From Deltaproteobacteria bacterium (GTDB taxonomy: Bacteria; Desulfobacterota; Desulfomonilia; UBA1062), in assembly GCA_018434685.1 (NCBI GenBank), contig JAHDOV010000004.1:249857-313856 (forward strand): 64,000 bases of DNA. Direction: 5' to 3'. Below, in pieces: positions 48,133 to 58,787 of this stretch. Position 1 is the first letter of the stretch. Each line of letters starts with the position of its first letter. Under the pieces are notes generated by a model. The model made no database searches. It was given only the letters and a program-made list of their open reading frames with translations, and was not told the DNA's origin. A program made the position numbers and the translations under genes.

Positions 48133-48426
48133 TCGATACCTCCTCGATCATTTTCGACAGGTTACCCATTCCTGTCTCCAGCAGCCCTGGAAGGGGTGAT
48201 AACCTCATATGACGATTGTAAGTCACTATGATCTTGACACCTATTTTAAACATGATTACTTTTCACATATAAAGAAGAATAGCAGTCGTGTGTTCGGGTA
48301 TTAGTTTCATGACATCGGAACAGATTTGTATTTTGCTTGGAAGATATTGTATTTTTCCTCGGGGGCAGCGAAGAGAAGCTTTCTGTTTACGCTGAAGGAT
48401 CATTGATGTTTTGTTTCACAAACAAC

Positions 48427-48442
48427 TGGCATGAATTGTGCT
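48427..48442 (+). promoter_or_regulatory. sigma54 promoter
   Basis: TGGCATG-AATT-GTGCT, about 50 bp upstream of ATG 48492. Confidence 0.65.
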
Positions 48443-48491
48443 TATTGTCTCTCATTGAAATAAATCACAACAAGGAAAACGGAGACAACTT

Positions 48492-49913
48492 ATGAAAAAG
48501 AATGAAATACACATTAGAGTTAGTATGATTTTAAGTGTAATGATACTATTATTGCTGATTTCAGCCCCAGGTTGGGCAACAACATATTATGTCTCGAACA
48601 ACGGGAGTGATAGTAGCAGCGGGACATCCACGGGCAGCCCCTGGAAAACCGTTTCTAAAGTTAACGGCGCATCTTTTTCTCCTGGGGATAGCATCCTGTT
48701 TGAGCGTGGAGATACATGGAATGAACAACTCAAGCCATCGTCTTCCGGTTCGACTACCGGAGGCTACATCACCTATGGGGCGTATGGAAGCGGAAACAAG
48801 CCCATACTGAACGGCAACGGCATCGGGTATATGATATACGATGGGTCCGGGAGGGATTATCTGATCTTTGAAAATCTGGATGTGAGATCTGCCAGCCAGG
48901 CAGGCATCTATAACGTTTATGGAAGCACACATTGGTATATCCAGGATTGCATCGTCCATGACATAGGGTCTCTTTCTTCAGAGGTCGGTACCGGATTCTT
49001 GAATAGAGGTTCGTATATAACCGTGCGGCGATGCACCTTCTATAATAACGGTCGGCATGGGATGAGCATCTGGAATGACAGCTCATCCGCTCAAACGGAT
49101 GTAGTATATGAATATAACGATGTTTATAATTTCAACCATACCGGTATTGACATTCAGGCCGGCAGTGGCACCGTCGGCGCTATGAAAAATATCACCATTC
49201 GGTATAACAAGATACATGAAGTTGATTCTTGGTCTGCTCCTGCCATGTATGTTGACGGAACCTCCTCCTGCAATGTCAACAATCTGCGGATATATGGGAA
49301 CATAATGTACAATATAACTGGCAGGGGCATAGTACTGGGTGTTAATTGCAGTCCTGTGTATATCTATAACAACACCTTGTATGACATATCCGATCAGGCA
49401 TATGCGCTGCGTAACGCTAGTGGCACCGTATATATCCATAACAACATCGGCATGAACTCAGGTACGTATAATCTTCGGGTAGATGACTCTACTAATAAGC
49501 ATATCGATTATAACTGTTGGTACCAGGGATCGGGGTATTCCAGTACTATCGCTAATGTGAATGGCTCGAGTTACAGCAATTGGACATCATATAAGAACGC
49601 CACAGGATTTGATGCTCATTCAATATGGGCAGTGAACCCGAATTTTACCAATGCCTCCTCTGGCGATTTTTCTTTAAGATCTGACTCGGTGTGTGTGAAT
49701 GCGGGCACGAGCCTTGATGGCACCTATGCAGATGCCCTGGGATCCGGTTCCTCGTGGCCAGGCGGTGTCATCCTGCTTGATCAGAATGCAAATGGCTCTT
49801 CCTGGGATATCGGCGCATTTCTCTATGGTTCGGGTTCACAGTCCTCAACACAACCAGACATAGATGTTGTCGCTCCAAATCCTCCAATTGGACTTTCTCT
49901 CCGAATGCAGTGA
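48492..49913 (+). CDS. Secreted right-handed beta-helix protein (polysaccharide lyase-like fold)
   Basis: Signal peptide, TYYVS..GSDS..G..PWKT, PGDSILFERG, Asn-ladder repeats, DFSL..S...NAG, DIGA. Confidence 0.82.
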   Translation: MKKNEIHIRVSMILSVMILLLLISAPGWATTYYVSNNGSDSSSGTSTGSPWKTVSKVNGASFSPGDSILFERGDTWNEQLKPSSSGSTTGGYITYGAYGSGNKPILNGNGIGYMIYDGSGRDYLIFENLDVRSASQAGIYNVYGSTHWYIQDCIVHDIGSLSSEVGTGFLNRGSYITVRRCTFYNNGRHGMSIWNDSSSAQTDVVYEYNDVYNFNHTGIDIQAGSGTVGAMKNITIRYNKIHEVDSWSAPAMYVDGTSSCNVNNLRIYGNIMYNITGRGIVLGVNCSPVYIYNNTLYDISDQAYALRNASGTVYIHNNIGMNSGTYNLRVDDSTNKHIDYNCWYQGSGYSSTIANVNGSSYSNWTSYKNATGFDAHSIWAVNPNFTNASSGDFSLRSDSVCVNAGTSLDGTYADALGSGSSWPGGVILLDQNANGSSWDIGAFLYGSGSQSSTQPDIDVVAPNPPIGLSLRMQ

Positions 49914-49935
49914 TCTATAGCTTACGGTGATCCAA

Positions 49936-49970
49936 CGGGCTCGGCTGAGAGGATATTTCAGCCGAGCCCG
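49936..49970. terminator. Long hairpin between convergent genes
   Basis: CGGGCTCGGCTGA..TCAGCCGAGCCCG, 13-bp stem. Confidence 0.7.
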
Positions 49971-50021
49971 GCTATATCTCCCGAATCTAAAGAGGCCTTT
50001 TGAAACCGTTGATCTGTTCCT

Positions 50022-51122
50022 TTACGTAAAGACACTATCTCCTTCTCCATCCTGGAAATTACGGCTCGAGAAATCATAATCTTTTAGTTTGTTAGATATG
50101 TAGTAGAGGAGCGACAAGTCTTTCTTGTAGAGGCAAGGGAAATTCAATTCCCTTATTTTATACATAATATCAATGTGGTATGTGACGAATATGTCTATTT
50201 TCATTTCAAACATCATAAAGACTATGAGAGACGCGATATCGTTTATGGCTGTTTTATTAAAATAAGCAAAAGGAATATTCATTGTATTATCTTTCACCTT
50301 GAACATTATAAAGCCGATCATAGAATCGGTTTCATCAAAGACCTTTACATTGAGATACAAAAATCGCTTAGATATTGAGGAAAAAAAATACCTCGCGCTG
50401 GTGTTATCTGCGCGTGGTGCAGACAAGATCCATGGAAACTTGATTATCCAATTGAGTTCCTGTGCTGTCCTTCTCGAGAGCTCTTTCCGGCTCTGTTGTC
50501 TGATGAAATGGTCTGTCTGTTCATCTATTTCCGTGATAAATTCGATATGGTCTGTTCGGTACCTGGGTTTGTTTTTTTTCCAGAGGAACAACCTAAGATC
50601 AACGAACTTATTCATGATCTTGTCCATAACTTCAAGGGCAGGACGAAGCCTCCTCAGTTTTGGGAATTGTTTTGGGAGGAGAAAACTGCAACAGGATCGT
50701 ACGATAAAGGCTGTTCCCTCGGATTCTCTCAATGTCGAGAACTTACCTGATGCGTCAGCTACCATTTTGCCGCTTCGTGTAAAGCCCGATGAGCAGATAT
50801 CATGGTGTTTGAAGGCGGCTAGTAATAACGAACGGCCGATTGTGCTGCCCCTGAGTCGCGGGTCCACCCAAATGGTACTTCCCCATGCTATTTTATATTC
50901 AACATCATGCAGGTAAATTTTATCTGGCAATACGCCAAAGTAACCAATAATACTATCATTGTCATATGCCACGAACAAAACAACATCATCCCGGTCTGCC
51001 CTGGGATTATGTATGTGTGATAGGGCCCTATGTCTCGTAATGGGCAGCACAGGGGTATTCCAGAAGCTGTTTTGTTGCAGTTTTTCTTTCAAGTCATTCA
51101 CTGTATATGGTTGTATTTTCAT
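50022..51122 (-). CDS. GNAT-fold acyltransferase-like protein
   Basis: WVDPRLRGSTIGRSL. Same length as, and collinear with, 44688..45788. Confidence 0.72.
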   Translation of the reverse strand: MKIQPYTVNDLKEKLQQNSFWNTPVLPITRHRALSHIHNPRADRDDVVLFVAYDNDSIIGYFGVLPDKIYLHDVEYKIAWGSTIWVDPRLRGSTIGRSLLLAAFKHHDICSSGFTRSGKMVADASGKFSTLRESEGTAFIVRSCCSFLLPKQFPKLRRLRPALEVMDKIMNKFVDLRLFLWKKNKPRYRTDHIEFITEIDEQTDHFIRQQSRKELSRRTAQELNWIIKFPWILSAPRADNTSARYFFSSISKRFLYLNVKVFDETDSMIGFIMFKVKDNTMNIPFAYFNKTAINDIASLIVFMMFEMKIDIFVTYHIDIMYKIRELNFPCLYKKDLSLLYYISNKLKDYDFSSRNFQDGEGDSVFT

Positions 51123-51898
51123 GACAGTTCCACTGCACTGAGGTGATCCTCAACAAGAGGATTACTACTGGTTAATGCGTCACTTACCGTAGCGAGTGTG
51201 AGCCCGCTGCGCTTTGATTCTTGTAAAATCAATTGTAACGCATTGACGGTGGTCGTTACATCGCTTGAATGAGAATCATTGTGTCTGCCGTCATGCAATA
51301 ATATAACTGCACCGGGTTGAAGGTTCTCTTTTACGTGCCTGAAAATCATGTCTGCGGAATTCTGTTCGTAATCTTTCGGATTCACGTTCCAGAAAACAGG
51401 CTTCCTTCGGTGCATGAACATATAAAGACAGACTATCAGGTTTAATTTTCCAAATGGCGGCCGGAATAGAATCTGTTTATTCGAATCAGCAAAAATCCTG
51501 AGTGATTGCTGTCCCAGAATATGATCTCTCATGGACTGCCCAGGGCTGCATTTCCAGGGATGAGTATGTCGATAGCTGTGCTCGCCGATCTCGTGACCTG
51601 CTTTAATGATTCTCTTCATCAGGTGCGGGTATTTTTCTGCATTCATGCCTAATACAAAAAAGGTCGCTTTTGCATTGGCTTTTTTCAATAGATGGAGGAT
51701 CTCAGGTGTTGATCTGGGATGTGGTCCGTCGTCAAAAGTAAGACAGACCTTTTTGCTGATCTTGATGGCCGAGAGAAATCTTTTTCGCAGAATAATCTTC
51801 AAACACCATGGAAATATGATGTACAATGATGAAAGGAAGAAGATAGTAAGGTATGCTTTCCTTAACATTTTCAATAGGTCCGTGCTATATCCGCTCAT
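51119..51898 (-). CDS. Polysaccharide deacetylase (NodB/CE4)
   Basis: TFDDGP, HSYRH, RPPFG, LLHD. Start probably 51898 or 51868. Confidence 0.9.
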   Translation of the reverse strand: MSGYSTDLLKMLRKAYLTIFFLSSLYIIFPWCLKIILRKRFLSAIKISKKVCLTFDDGPHPRSTPEILHLLKKANAKATFFVLGMNAEKYPHLMKRIIKAGHEIGEHSYRHTHPWKCSPGQSMRDHILGQQSLRIFADSNKQILFRPPFGKLNLIVCLYMFMHRRKPVFWNVNPKDYEQNSADMIFRHVKENLQPGAVILLHDGRHNDSHSSDVTTTVNALQLILQESKRSGLTLATVSDALTSSNPLVEDHLSAVELS

Positions 51899-53126
51899 GC
51901 TTCGAAAATCCTGTCGCCTTGCTTGGTTCCTGCTGCTGAGGGGAACGTGCTTGTGCAAGAGATTGTACAAGCATGGTGAGCTCTTTTTTCTGAAGTTCCC
52001 ACCGGTGACCCTGGTAAACAGCTTTGCCTCTGTCCAGAATCTCTCTGAGGGAATCAGGTCTCTGATACATTTCAAGGATCACCTGTGCAAGGTTCTCTGG
52101 ATTGCCTGGCGAGAAGAAACAGATCGAATCTTCAGGGAAATAATCCAGTATTCCTCTTGTTCGCGGAGCAATTACCGGCTTGCCCAGACAGAGATATTCG
52201 AAAATACGAGTCGGAAAAGCCAGATCCCAGTGTTTGCTCGGTTTATTCGGAACGAGGCCTATGTCTGCGGCTTCGACGGCGGCAACAATTTTTTCCGCAG
52301 AGACGTGACCATGATAGTGGACGATCTCTTTCAGATTCAGCTCAGAAACTCGGTTTATAAATTGAGGTACAAAATCCCCGTCGCCATAAACCTCAAAGGT
52401 AAGTGATGGTGTTTTGTGACGAATCGTGGCAAGCGCTTCAAGAGCAACACCGATACCGTTTCTTTCAACGATTGTTCCGTGGTACAAGAGTACAAAGCAG
52501 TCTTCGTTTCTCTGAGTAATAAGGGGCTTTTGTTTACAGGTATTGCAAAAGATTGATTCCTGTGGTGAGTTCATAATAATGTGTATCTTGGAAGCCGGAC
52601 AACCTCGAGAGACAAAGAGATCCCGAAAAGCAATATTTGGTGTCAATACGAGATCAGAAAACAAGATACAGAATTTTTCCATAACACGAAGAATGCGAAT
52701 AACCACATGATCCTCGTCTATGGAATATTTGGCCATAAAGACCTCCGGCATGGGATCATGCAGGTCCAGAATTAACCGGGCACCTAAAATCTTTGGTATC
52801 AGTGCACTTATAACTAATATATCAGGCATGTTGTGAACATGCACAAGGGTAAAGGGTTTGCGTATGTGTAATAGGGATATCATGATCGCAGACCGAAGGA
52901 TAAAATACAAGTATTCGAATAAATAGCGCAACTTGCCGCTGCGTCTGCGTGTTATGGGAAGCCTGTATACTTCCACCCCATGGACAGTCTCTCTCTTGGC
53001 CTCTGCCCCTTTTCTGAGGCAGATGACCTCAACCGCCATACCTTCCTCAACAAGAGCCTCTGCCTCTCTGCGTGGCCGGGGATCATCCGGATAATACGAG
53101 AACACTATCATACAGACTCGAATCAT
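51885..53126 (-). CDS. Glycosyltransferase family 4
   Basis: HVHNMPD, DLHD, PTRIFEY..GKPVI. Confidence 0.9.
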   Translation of the reverse strand: MIRVCMIVFSYYPDDPRPRREAEALVEEGMAVEVICLRKGAEAKRETVHGVEVYRLPITRRRSGKLRYLFEYLYFILRSAIMISLLHIRKPFTLVHVHNMPDILVISALIPKILGARLILDLHDPMPEVFMAKYSIDEDHVVIRILRVMEKFCILFSDLVLTPNIAFRDLFVSRGCPASKIHIIMNSPQESIFCNTCKQKPLITQRNEDCFVLLYHGTIVERNGIGVALEALATIRHKTPSLTFEVYGDGDFVPQFINRVSELNLKEIVHYHGHVSAEKIVAAVEAADIGLVPNKPSKHWDLAFPTRIFEYLCLGKPVIAPRTRGILDYFPEDSICFFSPGNPENLAQVILEMYQRPDSLREILDRGKAVYQGHRWELQKKELTMLVQSLAQARSPQQQEPSKATGFSKHERI

Positions 53127-54025
53127 TTTGTTTTCCAAGGAATGATGTTAAGAAATTCTGCTTTTACCCTGGTTTTTTCCCTTGCCTGAAGATCCCTCAC
53201 TATGGACTCAGGAAGGATCTGCGATTCACGATGTAGAAAGGCCCAGCAATAACCAGTCGTTCGGAAGATGCTTCCCAATAAGTATGGTTTTTCTTTTATT
53301 CGATAAATCATTTTGGCAAGTTGAAAAAAAGGGTGAACACTCAGGATATAGTCAATCTCTCCCTGCCGGAACCTTGTATGAAGGACATTCCTTTGTCCTG
53401 CCGCGGTCCTTCGATAATGTAACACGGTACAGTGGGGGAAGGACTCCACGAGCCAGCCTGACCCCAAGGCCTTTATCTCTGCAACCGTATCAATTCCACC
53501 TTTGGTAACGGGAATATAACCATCAATGTCTTCAAAACACTTTCTCCTGAACAACTGTATAGCCCCTGGGACACTGCGCGTTGTATTTGCAATACGTTCC
53601 CTGAAGATGCCGTCCCTTGGTTCCCAAATCCAACCTCCTGCAATTCCTAATGCTGGATTCCTTGAGAATTCTTCCAGTATACTTTCGAAATAGTCTGAAC
53701 TAAAGGAAACATCTGCATCAAGATTTCCGATGAACTCATAGTCATCGTCTTTTAAGAGCGAGTATCCCCGGTTGAATGCCCCGACCTTGGATGCGAAATT
53801 ACGGTTGCTGCTCGAGGCAACAGTTACTAATTCAATGAAGGCATGGCGGGAGGCATACCCCTTCACGATCTCCTCTGTTCGATCCGTAGATCCATCACTA
53901 ACGATTATCCATTTTCTTGGTTGAATAGTCTGAGAGATTACCGAGGAAATGGTTTTCTCGATATACGCCTCTTCGTTACGGGCTGGTGTAACGAGCACAT
54001 ATGACATAGCTTTATGAAATGACAT
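53123..54025 (-). CDS. Glycosyltransferase family 2
   Basis: TPARNE, DGSTD, LDAD. Confidence 0.92.
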   Translation of the reverse strand: MSFHKAMSYVLVTPARNEEAYIEKTISSVISQTIQPRKWIIVSDGSTDRTEEIVKGYASRHAFIELVTVASSSNRNFASKVGAFNRGYSLLKDDDYEFIGNLDADVSFSSDYFESILEEFSRNPALGIAGGWIWEPRDGIFRERIANTTRSVPGAIQLFRRKCFEDIDGYIPVTKGGIDTVAEIKALGSGWLVESFPHCTVLHYRRTAAGQRNVLHTRFRQGEIDYILSVHPFFQLAKMIYRIKEKPYLLGSIFRTTGYCWAFLHRESQILPESIVRDLQAREKTRVKAEFLNIIPWKTK

Positions 54026-55103
54026 TTGAAGATGCCTCTTTGAGATTATTGTGCTTGGTTTTAAAATAGTCTCCGCATGTTACCATTATCGTGCTCAGCT
54101 TGTTCTTGCAGCTGTCAAACTGCTGAAAAACAGGGGTGTCTATTCCTGTCGAACCGGCGAGTCCTTTTTTGAACTGATACCCCCCGGGATTCCTGTCGGG
54201 ATTTATGCCGCCGAGATCATACCAGGTGCATCCCTGCATCTTTGCCCATTCCATCATTTTCCAGAATAATAAATGAGAGCCGTTTACTCTGTTTTCGATA
54301 TCGAATGAGCTCGAGGCTGCAAGGAGGTTGATCGCGATATCTCCAATGGCACTGCAGACAAGGGCTGAGCAGAGATTTCCATTGGACGTGCATACCATCA
54401 CGTGCATCTTTAATCTCTCAGGTAAATCAGATTGAATCAAACGATAGTCATCAATATCAACATGTTCTACAAATTTTTTTCGGGCATGCATCTGTCTATA
54501 AATATCCGAAAAGATATTATATAACTTAAGGTCCTGACCCTGAATGATTTCCAGGCCGTTCTTTTCAGCTTTCTTCAGATTGTTACGCCACTGTCTTTGC
54601 GTTGCAGTACGGAGGTACTGTAATGAAGGGCTTAAATTTATGAGGAACGTCCTTCCTGATTTTGAACAGGGAGAACAGGCAAAACCCTCGTCCATCATCA
54701 CCCCCATGATGTCCCCATAAGAATCATGGGTGGTCGGTGCAAGGATTCTCAGATGCATACGACGCGTGTCGACATATTCGTATTTCAATGCTCGAATCAC
54801 CTGCTCCAGTATCTCAATACCACTATCATTTCCAGATAAGTGCCATAAAGGCCCGCCAAGCACATAGGCTATTCCAGCAGGCAGCAGAGGTGCTTTCATG
54901 ATGGTGATCTGAGCGCAGGCGAGGATCGTCCCGTTTCTCTTTAAGAGCAGGTGGCTCAGGTTCTTATCCCCCCAGCGAATAGAACCATACGACCATGTCT
55001 GATAGAGGGTCGCATCGGAGAAATTCAAAATGATTTCAGACCACGTGGTTTTGTCAACAGAATCAACATCGATAGTAAAATCCTCAGACAGTACCTTGGC
55101 CAT
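54012..55103 (-). CDS. FemAB/GNAT-family protein
   Basis: LYQTWxY, WRNNLKKAEK, YDLGG, YQFKKG. Confidence 0.8.
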   Translation of the reverse strand: MAKVLSEDFTIDVDSVDKTTWSEIILNFSDATLYQTWSYGSIRWGDKNLSHLLLKRNGTILACAQITIMKAPLLPAGIAYVLGGPLWHLSGNDSGIEILEQVIRALKYEYVDTRRMHLRILAPTTHDSYGDIMGVMMDEGFACSPCSKSGRTFLINLSPSLQYLRTATQRQWRNNLKKAEKNGLEIIQGQDLKLYNIFSDIYRQMHARKKFVEHVDIDDYRLIQSDLPERLKMHVMVCTSNGNLCSALVCSAIGDIAINLLAASSSFDIENRVNGSHLLFWKMMEWAKMQGCTWYDLGGINPDRNPGGYQFKKGLAGSTGIDTPVFQQFDSCKNKLSTIMVTCGDYFKTKHNNLKEASSNVIS

Positions 55104-55113
55104 GATCCCCCCC

Positions 55114-55971
55114 TTAAATCCACATCTCGTCTTTGCAACGATAGTTGTTTGAGGTATTTATTTTTAATAAGTTATAAACTTTTCGTTTCATAGAGATTCC
55201 CAGGAGAAGCCACTGGTAGGCACCCATAATCTTCAACCAGAATTCCAGCACCCAGTCATCCGGGCTGGCAGTAATCCTGCCCAATAAAAATCCATCCGAC
55301 CCAGATAGTGGCGATAGCGGCCATGAGCAGAAAACCTTCAGGTACCCGGCCCTCTTGGCAAGAGCCAGCACATTGTTGTTATAGGCTCCATATGGAAGGG
55401 AGAGACATGCGATCTGACTGTGCAGGAGTTCCTCCAGGCATTTTTTTGAATCAACGAGTTCTGCCAGGGCTTCCTCTTCATCGAGGAGGGTTAAAAACCG
55501 ATGTCTAGCAGTATGAGAGCCTATTTGTATGAAGTCTGTCGGGAGTGATAGTAATTGCTCAGGGGTCATGACAGATTCGTTGATAGAGTTACTCTCCTGG
55601 TTGGTTATCCACCCTGGTCTTTGCCCCAGATATCCTGTGGGGATAAACAGGGTCGCAGGGATGTTGCGTTTTAACAGTTCAGGAATAGCCTTTTCAACAA
55701 CGCACTCGAATCCATCATCAAAGGTAAGCGCCACAAAATGTCGTCCTGTATCCAGAGGTATCTCGGCATCGGGAAATATCGTATGATATCTTTTGAGCAT
55801 ATTGATTTGACGTATAAAATTCTGATGCTGCGTGTCACTGATCGAATGGTACGTGAGGATTACGAGGGTTGAGGGTGAGTTCTTGTTGAAAAGCGAGCGA
55901 ATCAGCAGATAACATCTATAAGATATTAGAAACAAAACAGATATGATTATTTTTAATAAACGATTGATCAT
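55114..55971 (-). CDS. Polysaccharide deacetylase (IcaB/PgaB-like)
   Basis: LTYH, TFDDG, GSHTxxH, PYG. Start probably ATG 55971. Confidence 0.88.
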   Translation of the reverse strand: MINRLLKIIISVLFLISYRCYLLIRSLFNKNSPSTLVILTYHSISDTQHQNFIRQINMLKRYHTIFPDAEIPLDTGRHFVALTFDDGFECVVEKAIPELLKRNIPATLFIPTGYLGQRPGWITNQESNSINESVMTPEQLLSLPTDFIQIGSHTARHRFLTLLDEEEALAELVDSKKCLEELLHSQIACLSLPYGAYNNNVLALAKRAGYLKVFCSWPLSPLSGSDGFLLGRITASPDDWVLEFWLKIMGAYQWLLLGISMKRKVYNLLKINTSNNYRCKDEMWI

Positions 55972-57305
55972 GCCGCGATGACCCCCCTTGTCATGAAATA
56001 GAGATGTTTGATTGCTATAATCCAGAAGATCCAAAACGCCATTGATTCAAAGCTCCGGCTGCTGGATATGGCGCTTTCAAAAAAGTTTGTCAGCAATAAT
56101 TGTATCATCATCACCAGGAAAAGCGCCTTGTAGTAATCTCCTGGGAGATAGAGTATTTTCCATATAGGAGGTATAATAATTGCCAGCCATATGAGCAGTC
56201 CCATGAATCCCAGGCCAATGGCAACCGACAGGTAGCCGTTGTGTATCGAGCTTTTTGCACTGCCCATCCACAATTGGGATTTATTTGATTGAAAACGCGG
56301 ATCCTCCCATATTTTTCCCTCGACGGCATATCCGTATCCAAGAAGGGGTCTTTCAATGGCCAGTTCAAGGCTTCCAACCCAGAACTGAGTTCTTCCGGTG
56401 AGGTGGGTTATGCTGTTACCTTCAGCCCGCTCAAAGCTTGGGAGTTGACTTTGCACGAGGAAGTATCCGCCAAACAGGACGAAAGCAGCTATCAGGAGGA
56501 ACGTGAGCTTTTTCTTGAGAACGATTTGCCAGGCGACAAAACCAATGAAAGAAGCAGCGAGAGACGTACGGGATCCGGATAGTACATGCATCAACAACAG
56601 CACAGGCAGAAGTGAGATAACGAATATCCTGCCTGGAGTGCCTTGGCGATTATACTCCCACAGCAATATTGGGTACGATATCATACAGAAGCCGCCCAAC
56701 GTATTGGGATGAGACATAAACCCTTGGAAGCGGCCCGGTGCCTGCCACCACCATGCCCGATCGGGAAACAATACAAGTGTGCTGACATTTAAAATCGTTG
56801 CGGAGACGATGATGAAAAAGAAGATATCTATGGTTCTATCCATATAGGATGAGTCTCTCAGCCAAAAGAAAAGTCCCATTAAGAAACAGAAGAATGCGAT
56901 AAATTCGGTGGAACGGATAAAGGTAAATGTCCGATCGATAGAATAGCTTGTCGATAGTAACGCGTATAATAAAAATATTCCAAAAATAAAAAGAGATCCC
57001 GGAATCTTTTCGTCACTGGATGATTTCAAATGGAAGAATTTGAATGCACCGATACTACCGGCAAACAGCACGATGCTCAGTCGAATATAGGTAGAAGGCT
57101 CTACAACGGTTGCCCCCAGTACTTCCTCAGGACTCTGCGGAATATTCGTTGCAAAGAGAAAATGAACCCATGGAGAAAGAAGGAGCATAAGTATTACAAG
57201 CTCATAGCGTCTCTGAGACCAGAAAAATATAATAATTACTAAGAACAATCCAATGGAACCGATGAGCGATAAAGTCAACATGTCCATATTATGAGTGAAG
57301 GGCAT
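55968..57305 (-). CDS. O-antigen ligase/polysaccharide polymerase (Wzy-like)
   Basis: Polytopic, HPN, SGSRT, LTGR, GYG, HNGY. Confidence 0.85.
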   Translation of the reverse strand: MPFTHNMDMLTLSLIGSIGLFLVIIIFFWSQRRYELVILMLLLSPWVHFLFATNIPQSPEEVLGATVVEPSTYIRLSIVLFAGSIGAFKFFHLKSSSDEKIPGSLFIFGIFLLYALLSTSYSIDRTFTFIRSTEFIAFFCFLMGLFFWLRDSSYMDRTIDIFFFIIVSATILNVSTLVLFPDRAWWWQAPGRFQGFMSHPNTLGGFCMISYPILLWEYNRQGTPGRIFVISLLPVLLLMHVLSGSRTSLAASFIGFVAWQIVLKKKLTFLLIAAFVLFGGYFLVQSQLPSFERAEGNSITHLTGRTQFWVGSLELAIERPLLGYGYAVEGKIWEDPRFQSNKSQLWMGSAKSSIHNGYLSVAIGLGFMGLLIWLAIIIPPIWKILYLPGDYYKALFLVMMIQLLLTNFFESAISSSRSFESMAFWIFWIIAIKHLYFMTRGVIAA

Positions 57306-57319
57306 AGTGCATACCGGGG

Positions 57320-58780
57320 TTAGGAAGAGATAACGGATTTCAGCTTGGCTGCAGAATTTTTGAAGATGATCCGTTCCTGCTTGTTGAAGAAGAGGCCATT
57401 GTATAACAACACCACGCTTGTTGAAAACATGAGGCCCCAGCCACTGTAAAAGGCAATCTGGCCAAGATTATTCAATAAGAAAATCATGAACAGAAAAACA
57501 GAAAACAGCAGTACGATAGCTGATACGCTGTACCATTCTATATGAAGGGACAGTGCCCGTGTGCCGATGAGAAAGAGGGTGAATCCAACTATAAAAAATG
57601 AGACATTGGATGCGATGACCGCACCATGCCAGTTCAATGATGGAATAAGCAGATAATTCAACACCAGACAGAACACTGCACAAGCTGTCATGGTCAGGCC
57701 GATGATGTGTGTCTTTTCTACAGCACTGAGGAGGGTTTCACTGAAATAGTGGACACCGAGCAGAGCGGTCAGAGGTAATAGCTGCAGGAGTACGTCAAAG
57801 GCCTGGGCATATGCAGGGGGTGCGATAACTGGCAGTATGATGTGCGAACCCAGGATGATAATGAAAGACATGAAGGTGATCGAGAGGAGAAAATAGATAA
57901 ACATTCTAGGAAGCTGATCTTTTATATGCGTGTCTTTCAAGTGGGAAAACACATAAGGCTGAAAGGCCAGTTGAAAAGGCAGAATAACCGTGATTGCAAC
58001 CAGTTGTGATAATTTAAACCCAAGCGAATACACGGCAACAGTTTCGAGGTCATGGTAATAACTCAAAAAATAGATGCTCGATTCCACCAGAACGGAACCT
58101 CCTACCATTGAAAAAACAAGAGGAAAACCGAACCGTACGAGCCGCGGGATCAGGGAGGGTGTAATCCACAGACCATTCTTCATGATCACTTCCAAGGTTA
58201 TATAGCAGAAGATAATGGTGTGGGTGAGGATATATGCGCTCAGTGCGCCGATGATACCGAGGTGGTACATCCGCAGGGCTATAAAGGTGGTGATAAAGAG
58301 CAGGAGTGCCGAAGAGATGCCCACGCTCATGAATTTCATGGCCTGATGACGTGCCCGGTAATAAGACATGACGTGAAGGCTTAAAGACTGTACAAAGGCA
58401 CCGGTGCAGGTAAGGATTATGAGAACATGAACGGTTTGCGTGTGAAGGACGGCCTGGAAAAAGGGAAGCAGGAAGAACACCGCAAGAGAAGTGATGGATA
58501 GCCCCCCCAAGACATTGACCAGGAGTGTTGTTCCCAATAGTGCCCCTATCTGTTTATTATCCAGATACTCCTGGGTAAAACGGATAAGGCTCGTGCGCAT
58601 TCCAAGGCTCATGAGAATAAGCATTATCTGTATAGTTATCAGTAGGGTTGCCAGTAAGCCATAATCTTTCAATGTGAGACTATGGGCATAGAGAGGAACA
58701 AGCAGGAATGAAGCCGCTTTCAGGCCCACATTGCCGATCGCATAAATTGCCGTATTCTTGCCGAATAATATCAGGCTCAT
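57320..58780 (-). CDS. Polysaccharide flippase (Wzx-like)
   Basis: Many TM helices and a KNTAIYAIGN..LLVPLY..YG start. Confidence 0.87.
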   Translation of the reverse strand: MSLILFGKNTAIYAIGNVGLKAASFLLVPLYAHSLTLKDYGLLATLLITIQIMLILMSLGMRTSLIRFTQEYLDNKQIGALLGTTLLVNVLGGLSITSLAVFFLLPFFQAVLHTQTVHVLIILTCTGAFVQSLSLHVMSYYRARHQAMKFMSVGISSALLLFITTFIALRMYHLGIIGALSAYILTHTIIFCYITLEVIMKNGLWITPSLIPRLVRFGFPLVFSMVGGSVLVESSIYFLSYYHDLETVAVYSLGFKLSQLVAITVILPFQLAFQPYVFSHLKDTHIKDQLPRMFIYFLLSITFMSFIIILGSHIILPVIAPPAYAQAFDVLLQLLPLTALLGVHYFSETLLSAVEKTHIIGLTMTACAVFCLVLNYLLIPSLNWHGAVIASNVSFFIVGFTLFLIGTRALSLHIEWYSVSAIVLLFSVFLFMIFLLNNLGQIAFYSGWGLMFSTSVVLLYNGLFFNKQERIIFKNSAAKLKSVISS

Positions 58781-58787
58781 GGATTTA

